64,000 nucleotides of DNA. Source: an uncultured Bacilli bacterium (GTDB taxonomy: Bacteria > Bacillota_I > Bacilli_A > RF39 > UBA660). Under the pieces are notes generated by a model, which was not told the DNA's origin, did no database searches, and saw only the letters and a list, made by a program, of their open reading frames with translations. Below are positions 49,900 through 59,159 of this stretch, piece by piece; position 1 is the first letter of the stretch; each line of letters begins with the position of its first letter. The DNA lies in the NCBI GenBank assembly GCA_947628435.1, contig CANQZW010000004.1:2087-66086 (forward strand), in the 5' to 3' direction. A program made the translations under genes and the position numbers.

Positions 49900-50226
49900 G
49901 TGAAAAAGAAAAATATTATAAAAGAAAAGAAAGATTTTGATAAAATTTTTAGAATAAGAAATCAATTTTCCTCAAAGTATTCTTACATATATATAAATGA
50001 TAATAATCTTGATCATTATCGTTTTGGCATATGTGTTTCAAAAAAAATAGGAAATGCTGTTCAAAGAAATAAGTTAAAAAGAAGAGTAAAAGATATTATT
50101 GATAAATCCGAGTTGCTTTTTCCTAATAAAGATTATATAATTGTATTGAAGAAAGGTGTAATATTCACTAAGTACTTAGAATTAAAAAAAGACATAATTG
50201 ATGAATTAAAAAAAATAATTAGATAG
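49900..50226 (+). CDS. rnpA: ribonuclease P protein component
   Basis: 108 aa with a GTG start. RNR-type motif VQRNKLKRRVK. Follows rpmH. Confidence 0.9.
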   Translation: MKKKNIIKEKKDFDKIFRIRNQFSSKYSYIYINDNNLDHYRFGICVSKKIGNAVQRNKLKRRVKDIIDKSELLFPNKDYIIVLKKGVIFTKYLELKKDIIDELKKIIR

Positions 50227-50240
50227 GAGATATAAACCAA

Positions 50241-51221
50241 ATGAAAAGGCTAAAAAAAATAATTATAGTTTTTTTACTGGTTTTTTTATTAACTGGTTGT
50301 ACAAAACAATTAGTTGTTGAAAAAACAAATAGTAATGGTAAAAAAACAAAAGTAGTAGTTAAATATGATGAAGGAAAAAATGCAACAGGTCAAACTTTAA
50401 CTAAAAATATATTATGTAAACCAAAAGATGCAAGTTTAAATAAGATATATAAAAATAATAAAGTTAATACTGATAAATTAGTACAGTGTAACAAATTTGT
50501 TCCAACAATAAAATCCAATGAAGGTTTATGGGATAATATTTTTATAAAACCACTTGCTTGGATAATATTAAAATTAGGTTATTTTGTTAAAAATTTTGGT
50601 CTTGCTGTTATTTTAGCAGGTTTGTTTATAAGATTAATTTTATATCCTGTAACTAAAAAAAGTGCAATGCAATCAGAAAATTTAAAAAAGGCTCAGCCAG
50701 AATTACAAAGATTAGAAAAAAAATATGCAAATAAAATGGATGATCAACAAGCAATGATTCAAAAAAGTCAGGAAATGATGGCAATATATAAAAAATATAA
50801 TATTTCATTATTTTCTGGATGTATAATAGCATTTATTCAATTGCCTTTATTTATTGCATTTTTAGAAGCAATAAATAGAACTCCTGCAATTTTTGAAGAT
50901 AATTTTTTAGGATTACAATTAGGTACAACTCCAGGTTTTGCATTATCTCAAGGTAATTTTTGGTATATAATATTACCAATTTTAGTTTTTGTTGTTACGT
51001 TTTTCTCATTTAAATTTACACAAAAAGATGTGTCAAATGATAATAATCCCGCAGCATCTTCAACAAAAATGATGATGAATTTTATGGTAGTAATAATTAC
51101 AATAAGTTCTTTTCAATTATCAACTGCAATAGGATTATACTGGATAACATCTAGTTTATTTACTATCATTCAAAATATATTAGTACAAAGAGGTGGTAAT
51201 AATGCTAGAATTAAAAAATAA
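50241..51221 (+). CDS. yidC: membrane protein insertase YidC/SpoIIIJ (lipoprotein type)
   Basis: 326 aa. Lipobox LLTGC and the conserved 60-kDa-IMP core (ILYPVTKKS...YKKYNI...LPILVF). Confidence 0.93.
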   Translation: MKRLKKIIIVFLLVFLLTGCTKQLVVEKTNSNGKKTKVVVKYDEGKNATGQTLTKNILCKPKDASLNKIYKNNKVNTDKLVQCNKFVPTIKSNEGLWDNIFIKPLAWIILKLGYFVKNFGLAVILAGLFIRLILYPVTKKSAMQSENLKKAQPELQRLEKKYANKMDDQQAMIQKSQEMMAIYKKYNISLFSGCIIAFIQLPLFIAFLEAINRTPAIFEDNFLGLQLGTTPGFALSQGNFWYIILPILVFVVTFFSFKFTQKDVSNDNNPAASSTKMMMNFMVVIITISSFQLSTAIGLYWITSSLFTIIQNILVQRGGNNARIKK

Positions 51222-51825
51222 TAAATATGAAGGAAAAAATAGTGAGGAACTTTTAAATAAAGCATTAGCGGATTTAAATGCATCAAAAGATGAGGTTTAT
51301 TATAATATTAAAGAAGAAGTATCAGGAAGTTTATTTAAATCAAAAAAATATAGTTTAACTATTATTTTAAAAGATGATGTTGTAGAATATATAAAATCAT
51401 ATTTAAAAGAAATAACAGAATTAATGCAAATAAAAGTAGAATTTGAAATAGCAAAAAGAGAAAATTATATAAAAGTAAATATGCTATCTGATAATAATCC
51501 TATATTAATAGGAAAAAATGGTCGTACTATGGAATCATTACAATCATTAGTAAGACAATCCATTCAAAGTAAGTTAGGAATAAAAATTAACGTAATTTTG
51601 GATGCTAATGATTATAAAGAAAGACAACAAAAAAACATAGAAAGATTAGCTGTTAAAATTGCAAAAGACGTTGTTAAAACAGGAATAGAAGTTAAGATGG
51701 ATAGAATGAATTCATTTGAAAGAAGATTAGTTCATAATAAACTAACGGACTTTAAAGGTGTAACAACAATTAGTGAAGGTGAAGAACCAAACAGATGTGT
51801 AATAATTAAACCAATAGAGAAATAG
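51202..51825 (+). CDS. jag: RNA-binding protein Jag/KhpB (KH + R3H)
   Basis: 207 aa from MLELKNNKYEG (SD GAGGTGG). KH motif LIGKNGRTMESLQ and R3H motif NSFERRLVHNKL. Confidence 0.9.
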   Translation: MLELKNNKYEGKNSEELLNKALADLNASKDEVYYNIKEEVSGSLFKSKKYSLTIILKDDVVEYIKSYLKEITELMQIKVEFEIAKRENYIKVNMLSDNNPILIGKNGRTMESLQSLVRQSIQSKLGIKINVILDANDYKERQQKNIERLAVKIAKDVVKTGIEVKMDRMNSFERRLVHNKLTDFKGVTTISEGEEPNRCVIIKPIEK

Positions 51826-51841
51826 AAATATTTCTTTTTTA
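51818..51841 (+). terminator. weak AT-rich hairpin plus T-run after jag
   Basis: AGAAATA-gaaa-TATTTCT followed by TTTTT. It overlaps the jag TAG stop. Only one G-C pair, so this is weak. Confidence 0.3.
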
Positions 51842-51965
51842 TTTTATAATTTAATTTGTAAGAATTAAATTTTTATGATATTATAAAAACCACTAAAAAA
51901 ACAAAACTTTTAAAATTTTAAAAATAGCATATTTATTTAATATATTTTATGAAAGGAGTAAAAAA

Positions 51966-53303
51966 ATGTATAAAGATAAAGATTTGAAAAGTAAAAATCA
52001 AATAAGTAAAATAGAACAAAGAAAAAATAATCATATAAAACTAACATCAGCTTTTTTATCATTAATTTTATCAATTGAAGGAACGGTTTGTTTACAATCT
52101 TTAAAATATAATAAACCTTATGTTGTTAAACATATTAATCCTTTTAATGGTAATAGTATATGTTTTGATTCGGTTGCTGATTATCAAGCTGAAAAGGTAG
52201 TTGAATTTATTTCTGATAATGAGTTTAAAGATATAGATGAATATATGAAAAATTTAGATATTAAAGAAAAAAAAGCATATGCTTTATATTTTGCTTTGTT
52301 AGAAAATAAATATCTAACTGACGAAGAAAAAGAAAAGTTAACATCATATATTCAGTATTTTATAGATAATAAATATTTAGATTATGAATATATTTATAAT
52401 AAATTTTCAAATTTTTTCATTCCTTTAAATGATGAAAATTTATTTAAAAATAAAAATATAACAGGTGGACAATATAATTCTTTTTTTAATTATATAATTT
52501 TTACATCTAAAAAAGGGAGAGAAAGCTCATTAAGTCATGAAATATATCATGCAGAAGATAAAATTATTAAATTTGAAAATAATTCATCTTGTATTTGGTT
52601 TATTGAGGGTTTAACGTCTTTATTAGATTATGAATATAATAATAAGTTGTCTTTTTCTTATAAGGAAGAAGTAACGTTTTGTAGAATTTTATGTGAATTA
52701 GTAGGTTCTGATGTATTATTTGAAACAAGAGCTAAAGGAAATATTAACATATTAATTAATGCATTTATTAATAAAGGATTAGAAAGACAAGAAATTATAA
52801 ATTTATTTAATTTGTTTAATGAATTTACTATTGAAAAAAGAAAAGAAAATATTAGTAATGAAAAAGAAAATACATCTCTTACTGAATTAAAGATAGAAAT
52901 AATAAAAACACTTAAAAATATGTATTTAAAGATAAATGAAAATAAGAAATATGTAAGTCCAATGTTTTATCAGTATATTGTTTGTATTGCTGAATCTTCT
53001 TTTAGATATAATTTTGATAAATTTATTTCTGAAAAATATTATTTTAACAGTCTAAAAAAAGATAAAATACCAATTACTAAAGGAATTAATATGAATAAAC
53101 AAACATATGAGTTTTTTGATTCAAGCTACGAATATTATGATGACTATATAGAACAAACAGATGAAATTTATCAAATTCAGGCTAATACAACACAACGAAA
53201 GGTTTTAACAAAAACAACAAGAAAATATATGAATAAAGAAGATTTAAATCAAAACATAACAAGAATGATTGATCATTTAAGCAAAAATCAAAAATCAAAG
53301 TAA
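51966..53303 (+). CDS. membrane-anchored protein with an HExxH...E (MA-clan gluzincin-like) motif
   Basis: 445 aa. SD AAAGGAG. N-terminal TM segment (LTSAFLSLILSIEGTV). SHEIYHAEDK followed by IWFIEGLTSLL, with the Glu 19 residues after the second His. No other recognisable domain. Confidence 0.55.
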   Translation: MYKDKDLKSKNQISKIEQRKNNHIKLTSAFLSLILSIEGTVCLQSLKYNKPYVVKHINPFNGNSICFDSVADYQAEKVVEFISDNEFKDIDEYMKNLDIKEKKAYALYFALLENKYLTDEEKEKLTSYIQYFIDNKYLDYEYIYNKFSNFFIPLNDENLFKNKNITGGQYNSFFNYIIFTSKKGRESSLSHEIYHAEDKIIKFENNSSCIWFIEGLTSLLDYEYNNKLSFSYKEEVTFCRILCELVGSDVLFETRAKGNINILINAFINKGLERQEIINLFNLFNEFTIEKRKENISNEKENTSLTELKIEIIKTLKNMYLKINENKKYVSPMFYQYIVCIAESSFRYNFDKFISEKYYFNSLKKDKIPITKGINMNKQTYEFFDSSYEYYDDYIEQTDEIYQIQANTTQRKVLTKTTRKYMNKEDLNQNITRMIDHLSKNQKSK

Positions 53304-53353
53304 TAAAATTTTAAAATATGCTATAATACATATCAAAAAGGAAGTGATTTTCC

Positions 53354-54697
53354 ATGAATGATACAATAGTTGCGATAGCTACTGCTCAAGCACAAGGAGC
53401 AATATCAATTATTAGAGTATCAGGTGAAGATGCAATAAATATAGTTAACCCATTATTTAAAGAAAAAGATTTAACTAAAATTAAATCCCATACCATAAAT
53501 TATGGGCATATTATATATAAAAATGAAATAATAGATGAAGTACTTCTTTCTGTTATGAAGGCACCTAAGACATATACAAAAGAAGATGTAATAGAAATTA
53601 ATACCCATGGATCAGCTGCGGTAGTAAAAAAAATAATAGAGATTCTTTTAATACTAGGTTGTAGATTAGCAGAACCAGGAGAATTTACTAAAAGAGCTTT
53701 TTTAAATGGAAGAATAGATTTAACACAATCTGAGGGAGTAATGGACATAATTAAATCAGATACTGAATACACAAGAAAAATGGCAATAAATCAGTTATCA
53801 GGTAAAGTGTCGTCTTTAATTATAGAACTAAGGGATAAAATTGTGAGTTTAATTTCTAATATAGAAGTAAACATAGATTATCCTGAATATGAAGATATAG
53901 AAGTTGTTACCGTTGATAAAATAAAACAAGAAGTTCATGAAATGTTAGATAAATTAAATAAAATTGTTAAATTATCTGAAGATGGGAAAATAATAAAAGA
54001 TGGTATTAAAACAGTTATTTTAGGAAAACCAAACGTAGGAAAATCAAGTTTATTAAACGCACTTTTAGAAGAAGAAAAAGCTATTGTAACTGATATAAAA
54101 GGAACAACAAGAGACATAGTTGAAGGAAACATAATAGTAGGGGGAATAAAATTAAATTTAATAGATACGGCAGGTGTTAGAAAATCCGATGATTTAATTG
54201 AAAAAATAGGAATTGAAAAAAGTCTTAATTTAATAAATGAAGCTGATTTAATTTTACTAATGTTAGATGCATCAGAACAATTATCAGATGAAGATAAGTT
54301 TTTAATAGAAAAAACAAAAAATAAAAAAAGAATAGTAATAATGAATAAAACAGATTTAAAGATTAAAAATTCATATAATGAAAAAACAATTAAAATAAGT
54401 ATTAAAAATAATAATGGAATAGATAATATAAAAGATGAAATAAAAAAAATATTTAACGTAGAAGAAATTATAAATAAAAATATAACAATTTTTACAAGTG
54501 CAAGACAAATTGCTTTACTTAAGTCTGCAATTAAATCATTAAAAGAGGTTCAAAAAGGGGTAGAAAAAAATAAAGAAATAGACATGATAGAAATAGATTT
54601 AAAATTAGCTTGGGAGTACTTAGGTGATATAATAGGTGCTAATTATAGTGAAGAATTAATTGATAATTTATTTAGTAGATTTTGTTTAGGCAAATAA
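53354..54697 (+). CDS. mnmE: tRNA modification GTPase MnmE
   Basis: 447 aa. G1 motif GKPNVGKSSLLN, G3 motif DTAG, and C-terminal FCLGK. Confidence 0.96.
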   Translation: MNDTIVAIATAQAQGAISIIRVSGEDAINIVNPLFKEKDLTKIKSHTINYGHIIYKNEIIDEVLLSVMKAPKTYTKEDVIEINTHGSAAVVKKIIEILLILGCRLAEPGEFTKRAFLNGRIDLTQSEGVMDIIKSDTEYTRKMAINQLSGKVSSLIIELRDKIVSLISNIEVNIDYPEYEDIEVVTVDKIKQEVHEMLDKLNKIVKLSEDGKIIKDGIKTVILGKPNVGKSSLLNALLEEEKAIVTDIKGTTRDIVEGNIIVGGIKLNLIDTAGVRKSDDLIEKIGIEKSLNLINEADLILLMLDASEQLSDEDKFLIEKTKNKKRIVIMNKTDLKIKNSYNEKTIKISIKNNNGIDNIKDEIKKIFNVEEIINKNITIFTSARQIALLKSAIKSLKEVQKGVEKNKEIDMIEIDLKLAWEYLGDIIGANYSEELIDNLFSRFCLGK

Positions 54698-54722
54698 AAA
54701 GTTAAGTAATTAACTTTTTTTT
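54698..54722 (+). terminator. AT-rich hairpin plus T-run after mnmE
   Basis: AAAGTTAA-gtaa-TTAACTTT followed by TTTTT. Confidence 0.45.
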
Positions 54723-54762
54723 AAGTTTGTTGTATAATACCAAAAGAAACGAAGGTGGATTT

Positions 54763-56577
54763 ATGAAATATGACATTATAGTAGTGGGGGCAGGTCATGC
54801 AGGATGTGAGGCAGCACTTGCAAGTGCTAGATTAGGTAAAAAAACACTACTTATTACGATAAACATAGATAATGTAGCAGATATGCCATGTAATCCATCT
54901 ATTGGTGGTTCTGCAAAGGGAATTGTTGTAAGAGAAATAGACGCATTAGGAGGAGAAATGGGGCGTAATGCAGATAAAACCCTTCTTCAAATTAAGATGC
55001 TTAATTCCTCTAAGGGACCTGCTGTAAGAAGTTTAAGAAGTCAAGCAGATAAAGTAAGCTATAAAAAAGAAATGATAAATACTTTAAAAAATACTTGTAA
55101 TTTAACAATAATGGAATCAATAGTAAAAGATTTAATTGTTGAAAATAATAAAGTAAAGGCAATAACAACAGAAGATAATAAAACAATTTATTGTAATGCA
55201 TGTATATTAACCACAGGTACTTATTTAAAAGCGGATATATTAGTAGGAGATAATAGAACGCCAAGTGGACCACATGGTGAAAAACGTGCTAATTTTTTAA
55301 GTGATAATTTGGCAAAGTTAGGTTTTAAATTATTAAGATTAAAAACGGGAACTCCACCTAGAATAGAAAGATCTTCAATTGATTTTTCTAAATTAAAAAA
55401 GGAAGATGGAGATGATTGTGCGTTAACATTTAGCTTTGATAATATAGTTTATTATGATTATAAAAATCAAGTTCCTTGCTATTTAACTTATACTAATGAA
55501 AAAACTCATAAAATAATAATGGATAATTTAAATAAGTCAGCTATGTATGGTGGTTTTTATGAAAATTTAGGTACAGGGCCTAGATATTGTCCTTCAATAG
55601 AAGATAAAATTGTAAGATTTAAAGATAAGGAAAGACATCAATTATTTTTAGAACCAGAAAGTATGTATTATGATGATATTTATCTGCAAGGCTTTTCTAC
55701 GTCTATGCCCCATGATATTCAAGAAAAGATGGTTCATTCATTAAAGGGTTTAGAACATGCTAAAATACTAAAATATGCATACGCAATTGAGTATGATGCA
55801 ATAGATCCACTTCAACTAAAACCAACTCTTGAAACAAAAATAATTGAAAACTTATTTACGGCTGGTCAAATAAACGGGACATCTGGATATGAAGAAGCAG
55901 CAGGACAAGGTATAATTGCAGGTATTAATGCAAGTTTAAAATTAGATAATAAAGAACCTTTAATATTATCCCGTAGTGAAGCTTACATTGGTGTATTAAT
56001 AGATGATTTAGTAACAAAAGGTACCATAGAACCCTATCGTTTATTAACATCAAGAGCAGAATTTAGATTGCTTTTAAGAAGTGATAATGCGGATTTAAGA
56101 TTAAGTAAAAAGGCCTATGAAATAGGATTGCTTTCAAAAAAAAGATATGAAAAATTAGAAGAAAAAATAAATGAAATAAATCAAATAGAAGAAGAAATGA
56201 AAAATATAACTTTTCCAGAATATAAATGCAATTTAAAAGACTATTTAAAAAGACCTGAAATAAAAATAATTGATTATAAAGATAAATTTAGTAAAAATTA
56301 TAGTAAGGAAGCATTAGAACAAGTAGAAATAAATCATAAATATGAGGGATATATATTAAAAGCAAAAAAAGAAGCTGAAAAAATAATAAGATTAGGTAAA
56401 AAACAAATTCCAGAAGATATAGATTATTCAAAAGTTGATAATTTAGCAACAGAAGCAAGACAAAAATTAGAAAAAATAAGACCAAGAACCATTGATCAAG
56501 CAACAAGAATAAGTGGTGTAAATCCATCAGATATAGCAATACTTATGGTGTATTTAAAGAGGTTTTATAATGAATAA
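54763..56577 (+). CDS. mnmG: tRNA uridine 5-carboxymethylaminomethyl modification enzyme MnmG
   Basis: 604 aa from MKYDIIVVGAGHAGCEA (FAD dinucleotide fold), with SD GAAGGTGG. The ORF-track TTG start at 54727 is probably over-extended. Confidence 0.96.
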   Translation: MKYDIIVVGAGHAGCEAALASARLGKKTLLITINIDNVADMPCNPSIGGSAKGIVVREIDALGGEMGRNADKTLLQIKMLNSSKGPAVRSLRSQADKVSYKKEMINTLKNTCNLTIMESIVKDLIVENNKVKAITTEDNKTIYCNACILTTGTYLKADILVGDNRTPSGPHGEKRANFLSDNLAKLGFKLLRLKTGTPPRIERSSIDFSKLKKEDGDDCALTFSFDNIVYYDYKNQVPCYLTYTNEKTHKIIMDNLNKSAMYGGFYENLGTGPRYCPSIEDKIVRFKDKERHQLFLEPESMYYDDIYLQGFSTSMPHDIQEKMVHSLKGLEHAKILKYAYAIEYDAIDPLQLKPTLETKIIENLFTAGQINGTSGYEEAAGQGIIAGINASLKLDNKEPLILSRSEAYIGVLIDDLVTKGTIEPYRLLTSRAEFRLLLRSDNADLRLSKKAYEIGLLSKKRYEKLEEKINEINQIEEEMKNITFPEYKCNLKDYLKRPEIKIIDYKDKFSKNYSKEALEQVEINHKYEGYILKAKKEAEKIIRLGKKQIPEDIDYSKVDNLATEARQKLEKIRPRTIDQATRISGVNPSDIAILMVYLKRFYNE

Positions 56578-57271
56578 AGATGAATTTATAAAAGAACTTG
56601 AAAAAATAAATATAAAAGTAACAGAAAAACAATTAATGATGCTAGATGTTTATTATAAAATGTTAATTGATTATAATAAACATACAAATTTAACTAGAAT
56701 AACAAATGAACAAGACGTATACTTAAAACATTTTTATGATAGCTTAACAATAATAAAAGCAGTAGATTTAAAAAATAAAACATTGATAGATGTAGGAACG
56801 GGTGCTGGATTTCCAGGCTTAGTATTAAAAATTATTTTTCCAACATTAAAAGTAACACTTCTTGATTCATTAAATAAAAGAATAGAATTTTTAAAATTAG
56901 TTATTAATAATCTAAACTTAGAAAATATAAACGTGATACATCAAAGAGCTGAAGAATATGCCCTATCAAATAGAGAAAAATTTGATATAGTAACCTCCCG
57001 TGCGGTATCATCTCTTCCAATACTATCAGAACTTTGTATTCCAATGGTTAAATTAAATGGTTATTTTGTTGCAATGAAAGCAGAGGCAAAGCAAGAACTT
57101 GAAAACTCAAAAAAAGCCATAAAAACACTAGGAGGAGTTATAAAGGATATCGTTATATTTAAGCTTCCTAAAGATAATGGATTAAGAACATTAATTATAA
57201 TAGAAAAAAAACAAATAACGAGTGTTAAGTATCCACGTAAATTTTCTGAAATTAAAAAAAAGTCATTGTAA
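56570..57271 (+). CDS. rsmG: 16S rRNA (guanine527-N7)-methyltransferase
   Basis: 233 aa. LIDVGTGAGFPGLVLKI SAM motif. Overlaps the mnmG stop. Confidence 0.93.
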   Translation: MNKDEFIKELEKINIKVTEKQLMMLDVYYKMLIDYNKHTNLTRITNEQDVYLKHFYDSLTIIKAVDLKNKTLIDVGTGAGFPGLVLKIIFPTLKVTLLDSLNKRIEFLKLVINNLNLENINVIHQRAEEYALSNREKFDIVTSRAVSSLPILSELCIPMVKLNGYFVAMKAEAKQELENSKKAIKTLGGVIKDIVIFKLPKDNGLRTLIIIEKKQITSVKYPRKFSEIKKKSL

Positions 57272-57285
57272 TGGTGACTTTTTTG
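57255..57285 (+). terminator. rho-independent terminator after rsmG
   Basis: AAAAAGTCA-9 nt loop-TGACTTTTT, followed by further T residues. The rsmG stop codon lies in the loop. Confidence 0.6.
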
Positions 57286-57322
57286 TTGTATTATTTAGTT
57301 AATGATAAAGGGGATTAGAAAT

Positions 57323-58498
57323 ATGTTTAACAATGATCAAAACTTTAATAATAATTTTAATAATAACACAAATTCGTTCTTTCAAAATTATTCTAATAAT
57401 ATAGATAATCAAAATTCTGATTTGTCCAAAAATAATTTTAATTTAGAATATCAAACTGAACAAGAAATGCCACCAGAATTAGGTGATATAAAAAATTTAA
57501 GTGATGCTACTGTATTTAGTGCACCAACCATGGATGTTTTAAGTCCTATGAACGTAATGCCAGAAAATATACCACAGCAGGATTTATTAGATAAGTATGA
57601 AAATGGCAACTTAAATAACTTTGAATCTTCAAATACTACGTTACCAAATCAAACAAACCAAGAACCTTCTTTTTTATCACCTGGTATTATACAAAATACT
57701 AATAATAGTTATGATATTGATAACAATTATTCGGTAAATAATGATTTTAATTTAGAATCTTCTTTTATTAATTCAGATAATATATCTAAAAATGTTGATG
57801 GTAAGTTACCTTTAAATCTTTTTGATAATACAAAAGATAATGATTTTGACATTCAACCCCCTTTAGAAGAATATCATAAACATCAAGAAAATTTAAATGA
57901 CGAATTAGATTCAAAAGAAGAAAGTTATACTATTTTAGATAATAAACTTAATAATATTGATCAACAAGATAATGATTTAATAAAAGAAAACGATTATAAA
58001 ATTATAGATAACAAAAAATTAAATGATGAGGATATTAATTTAACTAAGGAACCAAATCAACAATCACAAGATTCACATGACGAAAATGATATATTTAATG
58101 AAATAAATAAAGAAGAAAAAGAAGAAATACAAATTTCTAAAGAAGAAGAATCAACAAGTGAAGAACAAAAACAAGAAGAAGAAAACGAAAATGATGATTA
58201 TGAGATTGTAGAAGATAAAAAAATAAACGATGATGATTTATCTCAATTACAAGATTTAGGCATAGAAAATTCTTATGATACTGAAGATACATTAGATATA
58301 ATGGATATAAACGAAGAAGAATCATCAAATAAGGAAGAACAAGAAGAAACAGAAAATAAAGAAGAAAAATCTACTAAAGAAATAGTTGATAAAATTAAAG
58401 ATTTAGTAGAGGAATTAAAAACCGATGGAAAAGATATAAATATAGAAGAATTTGATTTTGAAAAAATGTATCAAATAATAATAAAAATTGATAAATAG
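57323..58498 (+). CDS. highly acidic Asn/Asp/Glu-rich low-complexity protein, unknown function
   Basis: 391 aa from MFNNDQNFNNN (SD AAGGGGA). No TM segment or signal peptide. Only the last roughly 50 aa (KEIVDKIKDLVEELKTDGKDINIEEFDFEKMYQIIIKIDK) look like ordered sequence. Confidence 0.55.
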   Translation: MFNNDQNFNNNFNNNTNSFFQNYSNNIDNQNSDLSKNNFNLEYQTEQEMPPELGDIKNLSDATVFSAPTMDVLSPMNVMPENIPQQDLLDKYENGNLNNFESSNTTLPNQTNQEPSFLSPGIIQNTNNSYDIDNNYSVNNDFNLESSFINSDNISKNVDGKLPLNLFDNTKDNDFDIQPPLEEYHKHQENLNDELDSKEESYTILDNKLNNIDQQDNDLIKENDYKIIDNKKLNDEDINLTKEPNQQSQDSHDENDIFNEINKEEKEEIQISKEEESTSEEQKQEEENENDDYEIVEDKKINDDDLSQLQDLGIENSYDTEDTLDIMDINEEESSNKEEQEETENKEEKSTKEIVDKIKDLVEELKTDGKDINIEEFDFEKMYQIIIKIDK

Positions 58499-58515
58499 CA
58501 TAAATGGAGGACAAA

Positions 58516-58962
58516 ATGAGAATAGGAATAGCAAATGATCATAGGGCTTATAAAGTAAAAGAGGAATTAAAAAAAATGTTAGATGAATATGATATAGTTG
58601 ATTATGGTTGTTATTCACAACAAAGAATAGACTATCCTAAATATGCAATAACTTTAGCAGAAGCAGTAATAAATAAAGAAGTTGACTTAGGAATTGTAAT
58701 GTGTGGTACAGGAATAGGTGTTTCTATTGCATGCAATAAGGTAAAGGGAATAAGATGCGCGAAAATAGATAATAAAGATGAAGCAAAATCTGCTAAAGAA
58801 CATAATGATGCAAATGTTTTAGCATTTAGTGCACAATCTAATACTGCAAAAGAAATAAAAGAAATGATAGATATATTTATTAATTCGACATTTCTTTCAG
58901 ATCCATGTTATAAAATTAGAATTGACCAAGTACAAAAATATGAGGAAACTAATGAGTATTAA
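58516..58962 (+). CDS. rpiB: ribose-5-phosphate isomerase B (RpiB/LacAB family)
   Basis: 148 aa from MRIGIANDH (SD GGAGG). Contains MCGTGIGVSIACNKVKGIRCA. Confidence 0.9.
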   Translation: MRIGIANDHRAYKVKEELKKMLDEYDIVDYGCYSQQRIDYPKYAITLAEAVINKEVDLGIVMCGTGIGVSIACNKVKGIRCAKIDNKDEAKSAKEHNDANVLAFSAQSNTAKEIKEMIDIFINSTFLSDPCYKIRIDQVQKYEETNEY

Positions 58963-59149
58963 GATAATTTTATATTGTTTATTTATTCCTTTTAGTATAT
59001 GGATAATAACATCAACGAACATAGATAAAATATTTAAAAAAAATAGTATTATGCAAATACATTCATTATATTTTGTACTATCTTTAATTTTATCTTATTT
59101 GTTAGTTAATTTTTTTGTTGATTTATATAGTACCATTAGTCTTCTTTAA
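58952..59149 (+). CDS. small membrane protein, DUF1146/YwzB-like
   Basis: 65 aa from MSIKIILYCLF (SD GAGGAA). The start overlaps the rpiB stop. Two TM segments. NIDKIFKKNSIMQIHSLYFVLSLILSYLLVNFFVD resembles Bacillus YwzB. Confidence 0.5.
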   Translation: MSIKIILYCLFIPFSIWIITSTNIDKIFKKNSIMQIHSLYFVLSLILSYLLVNFFVDLYSTISLL

Positions 59150-59159
59150 GGAGAATAAC

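Noticed and set aside
57323-58498. Repetitive-looking DNA in the Asn/Asp/Glu-rich gene, checked for tandem repeats or a CRISPR-like array.
   Set aside because: There is no regular repeat-spacer periodicity. The repetitiveness is codon-level low complexity (AAT, GAT and GAA runs) within one continuous ORF.
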